Positions 58,951 to 64,000 of a stretch of 64,000 bases of DNA are shown here, piece by piece. The stretch is from the human T2T-CHM13v2.0 reference genome, Homo sapiens. Where the stretch lies: the NCBI RefSeq assembly GCF_009914755.1, contig NC_060938.1. One strand, 5' to 3'. The notes beneath the pieces are model-generated. The model was given only the letters and a program-made list of their open reading frames with translations, had not been told where the DNA came from and ran no database searches. Position numbers and translations under genes: made by a program. Positions within the stretch are counted from its first letter, which is position 1. Each line of letters opens with the position of its first letter.

Positions 58951-59949
58951 GCAGCACTGCTCCAATATAGTTAAAATAATAATAAAAAATGACCCTAGCA
59001 GCTGGCAGCTAACAACAGCCAACTGAACACAAACAAATATTGCAGAATATAAACATCTTTCAAAGAGTTTTGCTTCTTTCCCAATGACAGTGCTAGTCCT
59101 GATTCATTTCTCCTGCATCCTAGATAAGAATTATTCAGATAGCACGTTGTTGAATTGCCCCCATTTGTTGACAGCACTCAATCCAGAACAGATTCCACTT
59201 CTTTAAGCCTACTCCAATTCACACAGCACAAACCCAAAGCATATAAAAAAGGCCTCCCAGCTCCCTATGTTCTGATACTTCCTAGAGCCTTGGTATATAC
59301 TAATTTGTCACAAGAAGCTAATACACCTAGATTTTACTTTAGGTGTGTCTCTGGTAATCTTCAGTTGGTCATCTTTAACAACTCTGGATGAAGTAGGATC
59401 TGCTACATAAGCAGTTGGCTGCCTTAGATAGGGACAAGGGAAAGAAGGCAATATATGTGCTTAAGGACACTAGTAAGTGGGCAAACATGATGATATGTTT
59501 GTGTAACTTTTTTTTTGCTCATGGTCATTAGTTGACAGTGAGGATACAGTGGTAGTTTTGAAAATTGGAGATGAGAAAAAATTGTAATATAATCATTTTG
59601 ACAAGAGAAATAATAAATAATCTAAAGCAATGATTGTTGGGCGTCATAAAAGATCCACCTGAGGTTCATGATCAGGAGTTTAAAGTGACTCCAGTCCGCA
59701 AGGCAATGACTTTTTCTCCAATAACTTCAATTGCAGGGGTTCAGGCACAGAAGAGTTAGAATTTTTGTTGTTGTTGATATTGTTGTTTTGACAAATCAAA
59801 CCTGAGTTGTAGTTTGCCAAAAGATAAGTACAAGTCAGTTAAAGATATAGGCAGAGGGGAGAATAATATGATGTATCATTTAATTATTGCAGGTAGGAGG
59901 CAAAAAGAGGAAATTGAGAAGGCTCTGGAGGATTAGGGTAAAATGGTAA

Positions 59950-60504
59950 AATAATTTTATTTTGTTTTTAATTTTTATTTTTAATTGACAAATAATATAT
60001 GTATACATTGTGAAATAACTGTATCAAGCTAATTATTTATTACCTCACATACTTTTGATTTTCTGTGGTGAAAATTTTTAAATTCTTCTCTTTTAGCAAT
60101 TTTAAAATATGAACTACATTATTATTAGTTATGTTCACCATGCTATGCAATAGATCTCGAAAATGTATTCCTCCTGTCTAACTGAAATTGTGCTGCATGA
60201 TTCCCAGTAACCAAATACAGAATCAACCTGAGTGTTGATGGAAAAGGAAACGTGTTATAAACATACAAAATGATATACTATTTAGCCTTAAAAAAAGAAG
60301 AAAAGTCTGTTATCTGTGACAACACGGATAGACCTAGAGGTTATTACTGTAAGTGAAATAAGCCAGATACAGGAATATAAACATGCATGATTTCACTTAC
60401 ATATGGAATCTAAAAAGTCACACTCATAGAAATGGGGAGTACAATAGTGGTTACCAGAGGTTAGGGTAGGGTGGGGGAAATGTTGGTACGATGGATACAA
60501 ACAA
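59950..60504 (-). mobile_element. L1MA 3' end with 5' inversion (minus ~59950-60194, plus ~60195-60501)
   Basis: The two halves are adjacent in L1MA consensus order (tacaaa | tttcagttagacagg). Confidence 0.75.
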
Positions 60505-63500
60505 AGGGTACAATGAATGTTTTGTAGGCTCTGGTACAGTCAAGGAAAACTGGTTGGGGTAACTGAGGGAATATTTATAACAGGGATGGCTGAAATCAAA
60601 ATTATGTAGGCTTGCAGATCATGATAACCAGCAACTGAGGTAGGGTGGGATAGAAAACTATTGACAGATTTTTATCTATAGATTCATTTTTGTTTACTTT
60701 AAGAATTGCATTTTATTTCAAGTTTGCTAGCTTTATAAAATAAATATGGACTTTTCCACCTTTTTTAATTACCTGCAAAATTTAAATGAGATTGGAGTTC
60801 TTTGAATATATGAAATTTTAACTATGAATCCACCTGGACTTGAAGTCTTGTACATCGTATGACTTATACTAATTTTAAATTTTGCAGTGGTAGTAGACTT
60901 GTTCACATTTATTTCAATTTTTGATCAATTTTAGAGGCTTACATTTTGCCAAAAAATCATTCATAGAGTTATTTGTAGCATTCCCATAGAATACTATCAT
61001 TAATTTTTATATTTATGGCTTTCTTTGCTTATTATATATGTCATTCTTTTCTCTTTTGAATTTTGTATTTGCAAGTTACTTCTCTTTATTTGCAGTTAAT
61101 GAATGTTGTAAGTGAAAAGTTCTAGTAGTTTGTCACAAGGATAAAAATTATTTTGCAAAACTACAAGTCCCAGAATGGCTATAGAAAAATGTCAGATTAG
61201 ACTGTGTGGGATGAGATTTTAGAATTTCTTGGACTTCAAATTTATTCTTTATCTCCTACCTAAAAATATTGCATGCCACCATGCTAAAGTTACAGGCCAT
61301 TTAAAAACCATTTACATCATGACATCATGCTTATCTGAAATATATATCCTCCTCTTCCGAATGTATTTCTCCAACCTAGCTATTTTGCTCTGTTTTTGCT
61401 TGTATCTGTTGCTGTTTAGAAATGACATATGCTTCCACTGTGGACAATAGATTTTCTTTTGGTCTCGTTTATCTGAAAAGGCATTCTTGGATCAGGTAAG
61501 TGAAAAAACAAACATAATTTCTGACATCTGCAAACTTGATAGGAGACAAAAACCAAATATGGTCACCGGGCACTTAGATCTTTACTATAATAAAGGACAG
61601 AATGTAGCTATTTTGAAATTATCAGATTCATTAGTTTATAAAGGATTATATATTTAAACTGCTTAACTATACTTCCATTTAATCTTTATAATTGTTTTAT
61701 TGCTATTATTCTTTCTGTTTAAAATATTTAAAGAAAGTAACAAATGAATATAGCCAAAATGTCAGCATTGGATATTTACTTAATATCACTATCTAGGAAA
61801 GGTCTTAAAGTCACAAGAATTTACACCGATTCCTTCATCTGTGTTCAAGGCTAACGCTGAAAATTATGATCTTTAAGGTGCGATGGGTCATCAAGAAATA
61901 TTTCAGTAATTCTCATCCTTCAATTGGTACCGAAGCACAAAGTTAAAATTGTGTATAGATAAGATCATTGATAATGCCTAGGAAGACCTGGGTTACTAAT
62001 TATATTTTCACCAACATTCTTTTACTTAATGGTAGTAATCTGCTGTCAAATGAATACTGGAATGCTTCCTCAACTCCCAGCAAAACCAAGAAAATGAACA
62101 AAATCGTTGGTTGATGTCATTTTATTTGTATGAGGAAGCATTATTAAATATAATCCATGGTTTGCAAAGCTAATTTGCTAAAAGTTAACCCTATATACGA
62201 ATGTAAACATTTCAAATACTAAAGTTATTTTTTACATTTATTTTTAAAATAATGTTTATCTGAATGAGTAATGAAAAATAAGCTCTTGTTTTGTAAAAAC
62301 TTATTCTGATATACAGTGACCATTCATACTTTTCAGTTCAATATAAAGCAATGCCCTCACACTGTAAAATGAAAGAATAAGATGAGTTTGGGACATTAAA
62401 GTATATAAACAAGTCTCCCAAACTCAGAGACTACAAGGTAACCACTACCTTCAGGAGTGCCTTGTTTGATAATAATTGGTTATTTTATTTTTAATTTAAA
62501 TCATTCCATTTTAATTTTAATATTTTTATTTAGGGCACACATTAGATCCACTGCCTTTTCCCTCATTACCTAATACAGGGCAGGCTATATTTATGAACTG
62601 ACTAATATCTAGGAGCATGTGTATTTTAATGTTCTAATCTAGAATATTTATTCAGTGGGTCTAAAGTATGGCCCCCCAAAAAAACTGTGTTTGTAATAAA
62701 CACCACTCCTACATCTCTCTTTGATTAATTCAAATGCAAATCTCCTAAAAATCATAGCTTTAAAAATAAAATGATTACACATTTGACCTAGGATTAAGTC
62801 AGGTATTTTAAATGCATACAAGGTTAATGTATATAAATTTTTGACTCTGTGGTCATCATCCAAAACTCTGTCAAGATATTAGGTCAACATGGCTACAAAT
62901 AAAGCAGTTTAACATTTATGTTTCTTGCTTAGTTGGCAAAACAGGCTTGTGTTCTTTGTGTCTAGAAAAAGTCACACAAAATAAAACAAAACAAATAAAA
63001 AAACTATTAAAAATATCTTCAAAAATCTTCACAATGATTGGTTCACAATATTCTCAAATATTGAAGTCTTTGGTATGCACCAAGTGATATTTTGTGTTCT
63101 AGAAATAAAAAAAGTTAAATAAGTTACTATTTTTGAACTAATTAAGGTCAACTTAAACATAGCCATAAAGACAGCAGATTTATATTTACTACTTCCTGCT
63201 TTTGTTTTTCTATCCACATTATATCTGATAAACCCTCTTTTCTTCCCCCCTTTTTGAGACTATTGTATTAAGTGTTTTCAAACTGATTAAAGAGGTTCCT
63301 CTACTATCATGCACAGCTTCCTGCCCAAGCTTGGTCCAAAGCTCCTCTCATCTACCCCTGCCTGTATTTTTATTATATTTTTCCTACACTGATGGATATT
63401 CACAAAGATTTGGCTATAAGATTTTTAATTATAGAATAATTTTCAATAATTTGAAACATCTGAATTTTCAAAAACAAAGAATTGCTTGATAAAATTGGGG

Positions 63501-64000
63501 AATATTTTTTGGTCATAGAATTTTATAAAATCATATTTTTACAGAAATGTTTTTAATGAATAGAGAAAATAGTCACAATGTTTATAAATATTGACAAACT
63601 TAAAAGTATTTATAAGGAGTAACATTTGATTCTAATTGTGCATATATTTGTGAAGCTAATTGAGCTAATTGGTAATTTATGATCTCATGTCTTTCAGATC
63701 AAGTGACTTGTCTTGCATCTGTTACAGTGCAAATTTCAGATCCCTTATTCAAGAATTTCCTGACCATATGAAAAAATTCAAGCTAATTACAAAAATGTGT
63801 ATATCTTCATCTTATTTACCAGCATTACTGCAGCTCACTACCTCTCCAATGTAGCTTGAACTTCCGCATAGAGAAAATCATAAATCCTATTCTTGATTTC
63901 CTAGTATAACATCTACCTTACTGATTATATACGTGATACATTGATATTTCTTTCAATTATAGATTAAAGGCCATTATTTAGGAGGCTGACAGGATTTTTG

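Overview
AT-rich, repeat-dense primate (almost certainly human) non-coding DNA. I find no host protein-coding gene, RNA gene or CRISPR-like structure, and nearly all listed ORFs are read-throughs of Alu, L1 or low-complexity sequence. The only real protein remnants are a decayed Tigger4 transposase (12408-14879), L1 ORF2 fragments and a deleted HERV-L provirus (gag/pro/RT/IN/dUTPase remnants, 34556-37676). The main result is structural: a complex inversion of about 12 kb (~21969-33910). Two independent old elements are split across its breakpoints: (i) the HERV-L 5' LTR (MLT2A1), whose first ~270 bp sit inverted at 21969-22241 with a 4/5-matching 5-bp target-site duplication, and (ii) an old L1M whose ORF2 stops at ~21132 (+) and resumes at ~33907 (-). 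The left breakpoint holds about 840 bp of filler: a 174-bp direct copy of 14973-15146, an AT-rich block bounded by 23-bp direct repeats, a 311-bp inverted copy of 19234-19544, and micro-templated 14-mers. The right breakpoint is a palindrome-rich AT minisatellite. This is the signature of replication template switching. I see no evidence of a new gene system. Repeat subfamily names come from recalled consensus sequences, and many old-repeat boundaries are approximate.
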